Positions 22,784 to 33,400 of a stretch of DNA of 56,309 nt are shown piece after piece. Within the stretch, counting starts at the first letter, position 1; each line of letters starts with the position of its first letter. The position numbers were made by a program, and so were the translations under genes. The notes below the pieces were generated by a model. The model searched no databases. It saw nothing but the letters and a program-made list of their open reading frames with translations, and was not told the origin of the DNA. Location of the stretch: contig LT649258.1 in NCBI GenBank assembly GCA_900128395.1, positions 1-56,309 on the forward strand. The letters run 5' to 3'. Origin of the DNA: Stramenopiles sp. TOSAG23-2 (lineage: Eukaryota).

Positions 22784-25700
22784 ATGAGTAATTTTGATGA
22801 TAACTCTTTGATGACAAATATGCCAAACGTTATAAATAGATTACATACAAATGGTGCTACTATGCGCTCAACAACGAAGAGAAAAGCACCACAAAGAAAA
22901 GAAAAAGCACAAAATAAAAGATCAAAATTATTGGAGCTTCGATTATTGGTGCTAAAAGAACTAGAAGAAGAGAAAGAACGTCAACGTCGTCAGAAAGAAC
23001 TAGATGAAGAGAAAGAACGTCAACGTCGTCAGAAAGAACTAGATGAACGGGAAGAACGTCAACGTCGTCAGAAAGAACTAGAAGAAGAGAAAGAATGTCA
23101 ACGTCGTCAGAAAGAACTAGAAGAAGAGAAAGAACGTCAACGTCGTCAGAAAGAACTAGAAGAAGAGAAAGAACGTCAACGTCGTCAGAAAGAACTAGAA
23201 GAAGAGAAAGAACGTCAACGTCGTCAGAAAGAACTAGAAGAAGAGAAAGAACGTCAACGTCGTCAGAAAGAACTAGAAGAAGAGAAAGAAAGGAAAAGAA
23301 GTACTTTCGTAAATTTAAAAAGCAAATACAAAAAAAAATTTCCAGGCAGAATACCATTTATAATTGCCTGCGAGAAAGGTGCTTTCGTGGATGTCAAATC
23401 ATTTCTATCATATTACAATGGAAGTGGTAATAACACGATGACTATAAATGATATGGTAAACCAAAGAGGTAAAGATAGCAATGAGGATGAAAGTACACCG
23501 TTAATGGCAGCTGCAAAGAACGAACATTTCAATATTGTTGAATACTTAATACAAGAGGGTAAGGCTTCTCCTGTTATTACAGATAGTAATGGATCGATGC
23601 CGTTGCATTTAGCAGCACGTTTTAACGAAAAAAGTACTAGGACCGTGGAAATATTATTGCGCGAAATGAACCGTAATAGTATCAACCTGACAAATGATTG
23701 TGGACACACATCATTGTGTTCAGCATATTGTAACAGAAGTACAATTAAAGAAGACATTGTTGCTCTGATAAAGGCAAAGGATGGACGTGTAATTGTTGCC
23801 CGTATAAATGAAGCGTTAAAAAATTCATTCGCAGAAGGAACGCCTTTAGTATGTGCATGTGAAAAAGGACGTTTGGAGGATGTAAAATTATTGCTTACAG
23901 GACATGATGAAAATTGTGGTAGTAATGGTAATAATAATAATATGACATTGAAAGAATATGTGAATCAAGTCGGTAAAGATAGTAATGGCAAAGAATCAAG
24001 AAGGTAAAGATAGTGATGGCAATGGAAGTACACCTTTAATGGCAGCTATTACAAACAAGCATACAGACATAAAAATGTATTTAGTTGAGCATGGTGCTGA
24101 TTTACACAAAGCATACAAAGAAGAATTTCCAGACGGTACGCCATTAGTATGCGCATGTGAACAAGGGCGTTTGGAGGATGTAAAATTATTGCTTACTAGT
24201 CAGGTTAAAAATGATAATATGACATTGAAAGAATACGTGAATCAAGAAGGTAAAGATAGTGATGGCAAAGAATCAAGTCGGTAAAGATAGTAATGGTGAT
24301 GGAAGTACACCTTTAGTGGCAGCTGCAGAGAACAATCATCAAGAGATAGTTGATTATTTGGTAGATATTGCATATGCTGATGATACTGAGATATTTAGGA
24401 AATATAAGAAAGAATTTCCAGACGGTACGCCATTAGTATGCGCATGTGAAAAAGGACTTTTGGAGGATGTAAAATTATTGCTTACAGGACATGATGGAAA
24501 TGGTGGTAGTAATGGTAATAATAATAATATGACATTGAAAGAATACGTGAATCAAGAAGGTAAAGATAGTGATGGCAATGGAAGTACACCTTTAGTGGCA
24601 GCTGCAGAGAACGATCATCAAGATATAGTTGATTATTTGGTAGATATTGCATATGCTGATGATACTGAGATATTTAGGAAATATAAGAAAGAATTTCCAC
24701 GCGGTACGCTATTAGTATGCGCATGTCAACAAGGACGTTTGGAGGATGTAAAAGTGTTTCTTACTAGCCAGGTTAAAAATGATAATATGGCATTGAAAGA
24801 ATATGTGAATCAAGAAGGTAAAGATCGTTATGGTTATGATCGTACACCTTTAATGATAGCAACAGACCAAGCCATTATTGATTATTTATTCTCCATTTTG
24901 CTAGATGGTGTAACACTTAATACAAACACATTGACTGATGTGTATATGAAAGCAATTCCAAAAGGTACGCCAATAGTATGTGCATGTGAAAAAGGACGTT
25001 TGGAGGATGTAAAATTATTGATTACAGGGCGTAATAATGATGTGAATGGTAGTAATGGTAATAATAATAATATGACATCGAAAGAATACGTGAATCAAGA
25101 GGGAAAAAATAGTTATGGTAATGAGTGTACACCTTTAATGATAGCAACAGACCAAGCCATTATTGATTATTTATTCTCCATTTTGCTAGATGGTGTAACA
25201 CTTAATACAAACACATTGACTGATGTGTATATGAAAGCAATTCCAAAAGGTACGCCAATAGTATGTGCATGCGAAAAAGGACGTTTGGAGGATGTGAAAT
25301 TATTGATTACAGGGCGTAATAATGATGTGAATGGTAGTAATGGTAATAATAATAATATGACATCGAAAGAATACGTGAATCAAGAGGGAAAAAATAGTTA
25401 TGGTAATGAGTGTACACCTTTAATGATAGCAACAGACCAAGCCATTATTGATTATTTATTCTCCATTTTGCTAGATGGTGTAACACTTAATACAAACACA
25501 TTGACTGATGTGTATATGAAAGCAATTCCAAAAGGTACGCCAATAGTATGTGCATGCGAAAAAGGACGTTTGGAGGATGTGAAATTATTGATTACAGGGC
25601 GTAATAATGATGTGAATGGTAGTAATGGTAATAATAATAATATGACATTGAAAGAATACGTGAATCAAGTCGGTAAAGCTAGCTCTAGTAGTGTTTTTGA

Positions 25701-26190
25701 ATATACACCTTTTTTTGAATATACACCTTTAATGATAGCTGCAAAGAACGAACATTTCCAAATAGTTCAATATTTAATTGAACAAGGTGAAGCTGATCCT
25801 AATATTGCATGTAGTGATGGAAGGACACCTTTAATGCTGGCTGCAAGAGAAGAACATTTCCAAATAGTTAAATATTTGATTGAACAAGGTGAAGCTGATC
25901 CTAATATTGCACATAGTAATGGAGTGAATGCATTGCATTTAGCAGCAGCAAATAACAAAAAGAATACTGTGTTGGTTGAGTTGTTATTAACTAATATGCC
26001 TCTTAATAGCATAAATAAGAAGACCAGGTGGTACGGGGGACGCACTCCCCTGGACTTGGCATATCATCGTAATGATAGTCCACTTCGCCAAGAGATCATT
26101 GCACTTTTACGTTCAAAAGGTGGAAAAGCAAATTATGTTGATGAAAATGGTAGAATTGTAGGAAGAGGTAATGGTGATTTAAATCATTGA
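22784..26190 (+). CDS. Modular ankyrin-repeat protein, family 1 locus A (two frameshifts at 31-nt duplications)
   Basis: Repeated EFPxGTPLVCACEKGRLEDVKLL..NNNNMTLKEYVNQxGK..TPLMxAA..HFQIVxYLIEQGEADPNIA..NALHLAA..TPLD modules across ORFs 22784-24007, 23985-24284 and 24259-26190. Confidence 0.85.
22955..23293 (+). repeat. 39-nt coding tandem repeat (KELEEEKERQRRQ) x8.7
   Basis: aaagaactagaagaagagaaagaacgtcaacgtcgtcag units; charged single-helix/coiled-coil type. Confidence 0.95.
24844..25670 (+). repeat. 285-nt (95-aa) near-perfect coding repeat x~3
   Basis: Units start at 24844, 25129 and 25414 (TPLMIATDQAIIDYLFSILLDG...). Confidence 0.93.
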
Positions 26191-26384
26191 AAGAATGGAG
26201 ATTGAAAAAGTCAAAGTGTAATATTTCTTTCTCGATCAATCGGGTTAGAAAGTCGTGTTAATTGTAGAGAAGTGTGGTTGTAATATTTGTAGTTATTAAA
26301 GTTTTATATTTTTTAACAATTAGTCGCGTTTATTTTGCAATATTATTTATTTCATAATTTATTTTAATAAAAATAGTCAGTATT

Positions 26385-26850
26385 CCTATAGGGGTTCAAA
26401 AACCTGGGTCGCAGTATTCACCTGCTATAGTGGTATATACACTACATAGCATTGTAATGGTATTACTATATTATATTTATTTACTAGGTACATACCATCG
26501 GCTACTGTCATTAATTTTATCAGTCCATTTTCGCAATTGGATGCATTTAAACATAAATTATTAGATATTCATATATGCATTTTGGCTACAACACAAAAGT
26601 TGCGAAAATCTCCTGCATTTCAATTCTGGGTTCTTGCCGTGAATCACTTCGTACAAGATAGACATACCATTGTATATATTTGATAGAATATATTACAGGT
26701 ATTTACGTGAATCACTTCGTACTTATTGCTATACTAAATACCTGTAATATATCTATCAAATATAAACAATGGTATGTCTATATTGTATGCTATATCCATT
26801 GTATATATAGCAGGTGAATACTGTGACCCAGGTTTTTGAACCCCTATAGG
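26385..26850. mobile_element. MITE-like element with 45-nt TIRs and nested hairpin
   Basis: cctataggggttcaaaaacctgggtcgcagtattcacctgctata (26385-26429) matches the reverse complement of 26806-26850 with 1 mismatch. An inner inverted pair lies at ~26657-26705/26735-26781. Confidence 0.7.
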
Positions 26851-27060
26851 TAAAAAAAAAAGTAGTTTATTATACATATAAATAGCGTAGGAGACGCATA
26901 GTAAGAGAATAGCATTAGGAAGAGTAGAGGAAACTGTCAATCAGAGATTCGTTAAGATGTGGTGCCCAGAAGAGGTGCATAATGAATGAATACACATACA
27001 TATATATATTAATATATGTATGTGTAAGAGGATGTGGAGAGAGATATAAATATATAGAAG

Positions 27061-27594
27061 TACAGAGTGTATACGAGATACGAGAAGTAATAATATCATA
27101 ACTATATAGCATAAACAATCACTATACTATTCACATACCAAGACGAATATCTAGACAAATACTGGGGGCCGTATCAAATATCGGAATATATTATCTACTA
27201 TTACGATTAACAGAGGCGAGGAAAATAAAACCAAAAGATAAGCAGTTAATAAACTCATACTTCAGAGATTTCTATAAAGATAGAACTGAACATAATAAAG
27301 CGCTGGAAAGAGCAAGACAAAGAAGAGCAGAACAAGAAGCGTTAGGAAGACGAAATAGTACACGAATTAGAAAGGAACCAGAAAGATTAATAGAAGTAAA
27401 CTCAATAAATTTAACAGCAGAAGCGTTGATACGAGATAGTGAAGAATTAGAATATTATTATCATAATCATGACGTAGGACAAATAGTAAACGATACAGAG
27501 TGTATACGAGATACGAGAAGTAATAATATCATAACTATATAGCGTAAACAATCACTATACTATTCACATACCAAGACGAATATCTAGACAAATA
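27061..27594 (+). mobile_element. Retroelement-like remnant flanked by ~100-nt direct repeats
   Basis: Direct repeats at 27061-27160 and 27494-27594. An ATG-less open frame (~27105-27540) encodes RRNSTRIRKEPERL and uses A-rich AGA/ATA/GTA codons unlike the host genes. Confidence 0.4.
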
Positions 27595-27908
27595 AGTTTG
27601 TTGTTGTTGTTGTTTGTTTGACTAACAACTAAAAAAAATGACTATATAATAATAATAATAATAAATGGTAATACATCATAGTAAATTATTGAAAACAAGA
27701 TATATATATATATATAAACACTTGTTGACTATATAATAATATTAATAAATGGTAATACATCATAGTAAATTATTGAAAACAAGATATATATATATATATA
27801 AACACTTGTAAAACAATACAAGATACCACAATATAAGAATATTTATTCACATTGAATCGTGTCTATATAGGAAACAATTGTAACAATAATAGTGTAGGAA
27901 ATTTAAAA

Positions 27909-28403
27909 ATGAAAATACAACAACATTTTAAAATGTATATAATTTTATTATTTCTATCAACAATATTGATAGATGTAAGCATGGCTAATAATAATACAAT
28001 AACGACAACTAATTCACCACCAGTACCAGTAACGACAACAAAATCGCCACCTGTGCCAGTAACAACAACATCATCGCCAACGCCGCCACCACCACCACCA
28101 TCCCCAGTAACTACCAAAGCTCCGCCAATCCCTCCTCCTCCGTCTTCGTCAACAACTACAAAAGCAAACATACCAAATCCTCATGATAAAAACAAACCTC
28201 ATGATAAAAACAAAACTACTGGAGGTGCATTAGGTGCTGGATGGATCGTCATGATTACTATATTATCAATCATAGTACTTGGTGCTGGTACTTATGGTGG
28301 TGTGATATATTATCGCCGAAATCACCAAGGTGTCGCAAGGCATTCATTATCATTTTTTCAAGATGATGACAGTTCCAATGGTAGGGAATATTCGTTAATT
28401 TAA
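27909..28403 (+). CDS. Type I membrane protein with mucin-like P/T stalk
   Basis: Signal-like MYIILLFLSTILIDVSMA, repeated TTxSPPVPV, TM GWIVMITILSIIVLGAGTYGGVIYY, then RR and a tail ending EYSLI. Confidence 0.8.
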   Translation: MKIQQHFKMYIILLFLSTILIDVSMANNNTITTTNSPPVPVTTTKSPPVPVTTTSSPTPPPPPPSPVTTKAPPIPPPPSSSTTTKANIPNPHDKNKPHDKNKTTGGALGAGWIVMITILSIIVLGAGTYGGVIYYRRNHQGVARHSLSFFQDDDSSNGREYSLI

Positions 28404-29632
28404 TAAAATAGAATAGGTTCATCCCTCAACAAGTTTTAGAAAATAAAAACAAAAACAGAAAATTTGACACACAGGGTGAAAGCAGTTGAAGTGAAAAGTG
28501 GAACGGAAGTGATTGCCGGTTGTATTGGAGAGAGAGAGGGAGAGATTCGTTAATTTAATAAAATAGAATAGGTTCATCCCTCAACAAGTTTTAGAAAATA
28601 AAAACAAAAACAGAAAATTTGACACACAGGGTGAAAGCAGTTGAAGTGAAAAGTGGAACGGAAGTGATTGCCGGTTGTATTGGAGAGAGAGAGGGAGAGA
28701 GAGTCGTGGTATTGGATAAAAATACGAAGTTTGTATATTTTCTTAAAAACACACATTAAAAGTTTTAAAACACGTTTTTTTTACAGATTCCATCTCAATT
28801 AGCAGACTAGAGTTTCTTTGATGAACCTCCCACATATGCGGTCTAGAGTTCGTGTGTAATGTGCGTGTACCATTTCTCACAATTACAACAAGCATTTTGA
28901 TATTATATAACTCCATATAATCTACCTACACTACCTTTGTTACCCGCCCCCCCCCTGACTATCACACATGTTTTACAACAAAATTTTTAATTTTTTATTT
29001 TTGATTAATAATACGCTTCATATTTATATCATTAAATATTAATTCCCCATTTCATCATTCTTCTATATAAGAAAAGCAAAACGAGTATATTACTCGTCCT
29101 CTGTTCAAAAACCTTTTCAATCTCAATTAGCAGACTAGAGTTTCTTTGATGAACCTCCCACATATGCGGTCTAGTTCGTGTGTAATGCGTGTGTGTACCA
29201 TTCTCACAATTTACAACAACAAACATCTTGATATTATATAACTCCATATAATCTACCTACACTACCTTTGTTACCCGCCTCCCCCCTGACTATCACACAT
29301 TTTTTACAACAAAATTTATTTTTCATTTTTGATTAATAATACGCTTCATATTTATATCATTAATATTAATTCCCCATTTCATCATTCTTCTATATATAAG
29401 AAAAGCAAAACGAGTATATTACTCGTCCTCTGTTCAAAAATCTTTTCCTACATATTACATTTTTCAAATATGTTTAAACAACACACATCCGTAAGTTCCA
29501 TCCACTTCATCCTATATAAGAAAAGCAAAACGAGTATATTACTCGTCCTCTGTTCAAAAACCTTTTCCTACATATTACATTTTTCAAATATGTTTAAACA
29601 ACACACATCCGTAAGTTCCATCCACTTCATCC
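28390..29632. repeat. Cluster of tandem duplications
   Basis: ~155-nt perfect pair (28390/28545), ~330-nt diverged pair (~28790/29120) and ~120-nt pair (~29392/29513). Confidence 0.85.
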
Positions 29633-29637
29633 ATTAC

Positions 29638-30492
29638 TCATTGCCAACTTTTACCCCAACGATGTACAGCAAATGTATTTTCATTGTAATATTTATTAAT
29701 TTCATCATCCCCATGATCGATGATATTAAAATCAATATGATTTGGTATTGGGTAAAAATATTCTTTTGGTAATATCAAAATATTTTTATATTTCATTAAT
29801 AATTTCAATGTAGGATGTAACAATACATTGGTTATAAATAATGGACCAGTACGTTCAATTGTTGACATTGGTGAAGATTGTACCGGTATGTTCATCATTT
29901 TTGCTACTAATACTTTTGGATCAGGTTGTATGGTTTTCATTAATTGTAAGACAATTGGATGTGTTGGTATACATCCAATCAATGCATTGTTTAATTCCAT
30001 TTTATTTGTAGAGACATTTGATTCACCAATGAATAAATCAATACCAGTATTACAAAAGGATTCAAATGGTTTGATACATTTAAAATCAACATCTACATAA
30101 ATACCACCATAACGATATAATAATTCTAAGCGTAAAATATCACTTTTCTCACCATAATTCGTAGCTAAATCAAATGCTTTATGATTCATTAATTCTTTTT
30201 CTTGTCGTAACGTTTGAACACGTTCATCATTCCATAAAATAATTTCAAAGGTTGGATTTAATAATTCCCATGTTTTATAAAAACGTTCATAATATTTTGC
30301 AGTTGGAAATGGTGAACCAAGCCAAATAAAATGAATAATCTTCGGGATTGATACGGTACTACTTAAACATTGATTCATTTGAAATTGTTGATATCGTTGT
30401 TGTATAATAGTTAACATATTATCTTGTTGTTCGTTGGATGCAATGGAAGTTGGTTGCGTCGTTGTTGAGGATGATGTGGTAATTGATGCCAT
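29638..30492 (-). CDS. GT32-type (DXD sugar-binding) glycosyltransferase
   Basis: IPKIIHFIWLG, SDILRLELLYRYGGIYVDVDF, NNALIG, ERTGP, FAVHRWGKSW. ATG at 30492. Confidence 0.9.
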   Translation of the reverse strand: MASITTSSSTTTQPTSIASNEQQDNMLTIIQQRYQQFQMNQCLSSTVSIPKIIHFIWLGSPFPTAKYYERFYKTWELLNPTFEIILWNDERVQTLRQEKELMNHKAFDLATNYGEKSDILRLELLYRYGGIYVDVDFKCIKPFESFCNTGIDLFIGESNVSTNKMELNNALIGCIPTHPIVLQLMKTIQPDPKVLVAKMMNIPVQSSPMSTIERTGPLFITNVLLHPTLKLLMKYKNILILPKEYFYPIPNHIDFNIIDHGDDEINKYYNENTFAVHRWGKSWQ

Positions 30493-30815
30493 GTTTGTGT
30501 GTGATAGAAATATATAAATATAATGGTTATATATAGCAAAAGGTTTGAAACGTACAAAAACTGTCCGCACCACAGGCACACGTGAATGGACTTCGAATAA
30601 TTGTTTTCTTTGGGATTTTACGATGCAATGATTGTTATATTTTATTATATTTTTTCTATATTCTTCTTAATACTTCAATATTTTCATACTTATATTTTCT
30701 ATTTGGTGCTTTGTTTTAATATATATATATACTTTCAACAATTAACACGTGTTATTATTGAAATTATATTGTTGTTGTAATTTGTATGTATTATGTTGCT
30801 GTTGTGAAAACGATT

Positions 30816-30948
30816 ATCGTTCATACTTTTTTTAAATTTGTATGTTAAGTATATATATTGGTATACTAAGATTCATATTTGATTTGATAGAATTATTAGT
30901 ATACCAATATATATACTTAATATATATTTATTAAAAAAAGTGACGATT
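30816..30948. mobile_element. MITE-like palindrome, family A copy 2
   Basis: catactttttt..ttaagtatatatattggtatactaa / 26-nt loop / ttagtataccaatatatatacttaa..aaaaaaagt; same architecture as 21663-21844. Confidence 0.65.
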
Positions 30949-31427
30949 ATTTTCATTATTTCCTTAAATAATGTAAGAAGTCTCTACAATCTACAATTCT
31001 ACCGTTATAATTCCCATATTTGGAATTTGAGTGGCGAATTTTAATGCCTATTTTAAAAAAAGACGGCCTATTTAGATGCTATTGATTTACATGGGACGCA
31101 CTATGAAGGAAATTTTCAGATCAAAGATCCACAACAATAAAGTATGGCCAAAATGGTGTGGTCCGACGTCCGACGGTCTGACATATAGCTAATATATATA
31201 TGTACATAAGATAGCTTACATGTATAATATATTATACATGTACATATCCGCGCATACATGTAAAAGGGATTCAATCTAGTATCATCATTCGTATTTCTCT
31301 TACTGTACATTAACATATCTAAAAGTGATTTCTGTTGAATTGAATTTATTACGTTTGTGGTGTAGTAATTTAGTATTATATTTTATTTATAGCAACAACC
31401 ATTTTGTATATTTGAAACAGAACAAAG

Positions 31428-32906
31428 ATGAAGAAAAATCAATTAAAAAATGCAACTGTTCTACCACGTGCAGTGGTAAAGAAAAAAGAAATTCGTATTG
31501 AAATGCCATCACAAAAGGAAGTAGTGGTAGATAATAATAAAACAAGTGATTATTATATTTGTGCGAATTTAATAGTACGTATACCTCATGGCGAGCAAAT
31601 ATTAACACCGGGTGATGTGGTATCGTATCCATTGAACAATACGACTGTATTGGATGTACGAATCCCTGATCAATTATATAATATATATGACGAGAGAACC
31701 AAAGCAGCAATGATAATACAACAATTTTGGAAAAATCGAATTATACGTAAATTTGTAAACGTAGTTGAACTGGCACAAGAACATCAAGTGAAACGATTTG
31801 CACGAATCGGTTGGGCGATCATGATTATGTTAGGTGTTGCTAAGGGAGTTGTCAAGTGGAGAAGCAATCTTAGATATGAGATTTACTCTGTCGTTAATAC
31901 ATTATCTTGCTTTCTTTTTTTTCTAATCTTTGCACGTACACTTGTTTTAGGTAACCAAATGAGATATTATACTTATGTAAGCACGGGAATATTTTATGTG
32001 TTTACTATTGCTACTGATAGCATTGTTGGCCAAATGATGCGTGGATTTGATCCGTTTTGGACAATACTTAATACTTTTATTGTAGCTCCAATAGGTTTTT
32101 TTTTCTTTTGTCGTGTATTGAATATTTTTACAACAATATTACAATACGAGTACAAAGAAAATATCAAACAACTATCAAGTACGTTAAGTGGACGTTTTTT
32201 AGCAGCATTGCCTGTAATCATTTTATTTGCATTGCAGGCTCAAGTACTACGATTTGCAGCGCCAATATTACATGGCAGTATGTGTGAATTGATGCCAGGT
32301 GCCAATCCACCTTCAACAACAAATCCATGGTGGACTAATTGTACAGAGAATATTAATAAAATGAACGTTTATTATCTAGCAAAACCGACTTCGATACATG
32401 AAATAGAATTGAAACGTGCAATTGAAGAGTATGTGCCGGTTTGGAACCAGATAGGTTTTCAAAGCAATCAATCTGTCGAACCAATGCTTCTCTTAGTTAC
32501 TGGTCAAATTTTATTTCGTGTATGCCGTTTAACGATTCGAGATATACTTGCAATACGTACGTCTTTTTGGGAACTAACAGTGGTAATTGTAACTGTTTTA
32601 AACTTACTTGTTGTATTTCTTGGAGGTAGTATTGGAATGAAACCAGGGTTTTCGTCTCCAGCTGCGTATGATTTTTTTGCTAGCACATTGATGTATACAT
32701 TTGTATATTGGCCACTTATGCTCATACGATTCATTGCCTTATATCTGCTAATAACAAATGGTCAAAAATGCATGAATATGGAAATCAATGGTGGGGATCC
32801 ACATAAATATTCATATGGAGTACGTGTAATTCATAAACGGAAAATAAATGTGAAGGCGAAACCAGACAACCAGACATCATTGAATCACCCGCTACCGATA
32901 GTTTGA
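31428..32906 (+). CDS. Multi-pass membrane protein with IQ-like motif
   Basis: 492-aa ORF; AAMIIQQFWKNR is IQ-like; about 7-8 hydrophobic segments; family unknown. Confidence 0.75.
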   Translation: MKKNQLKNATVLPRAVVKKKEIRIEMPSQKEVVVDNNKTSDYYICANLIVRIPHGEQILTPGDVVSYPLNNTTVLDVRIPDQLYNIYDERTKAAMIIQQFWKNRIIRKFVNVVELAQEHQVKRFARIGWAIMIMLGVAKGVVKWRSNLRYEIYSVVNTLSCFLFFLIFARTLVLGNQMRYYTYVSTGIFYVFTIATDSIVGQMMRGFDPFWTILNTFIVAPIGFFFFCRVLNIFTTILQYEYKENIKQLSSTLSGRFLAALPVIILFALQAQVLRFAAPILHGSMCELMPGANPPSTTNPWWTNCTENINKMNVYYLAKPTSIHEIELKRAIEEYVPVWNQIGFQSNQSVEPMLLLVTGQILFRVCRLTIRDILAIRTSFWELTVVIVTVLNLLVVFLGGSIGMKPGFSSPAAYDFFASTLMYTFVYWPLMLIRFIALYLLITNGQKCMNMEINGGDPHKYSYGVRVIHKRKINVKAKPDNQTSLNHPLPIV

Positions 32907-33400
32907 TATCTGACATGGAGCCACCTGATCCTGATGATACCATTGATGTAAACTGTAAACACACAAGTTAATATTGCGCATCAGAGTCAAGTTTAGCTTT
33001 TTAGTATACCAAAAATATATATATTTGATACAGGGGGAGCACTATTAGATTAATCAAAAAAATCAAAAATGGCCGCCAATGGATGAAATCTATGGATGAA
33101 CATCTCTTTACCTCTTTACCTCATCGGTAATTTCTGTTTACGGAAATTATCGACACACGACACATCTTGGTGACTTGTGGAGATAGATAATTAAATATTT
33201 AATATTGGCTCAGTCACTGTATTCTTTTTGAGAGTCAGGAATTGTCATGGGTAGGGGATAAAAAATTGGAAAATTATAAATTATGGAATTATTAAAATAC
33301 GAAATACGCGTACACGCGTACATATTTTTTTTACTCTAGAGATATTTTAACCTTTATAAACAATCAATTATTACTCGCTCCTCGCTCCATATATTTTTTT

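Noticed and set aside
22955..23293. CRISPR-like array (also the 72-nt repeats at 44.3-44.7 kb)
   Set aside because: Head-to-tail coding repeats with no unique spacers, in a eukaryotic context with no cas genes.
27488..27500. U6 snRNA ACAGAG box (aacgatacagag)
   Set aside because: 12-nt match only; the rest of U6 is absent.
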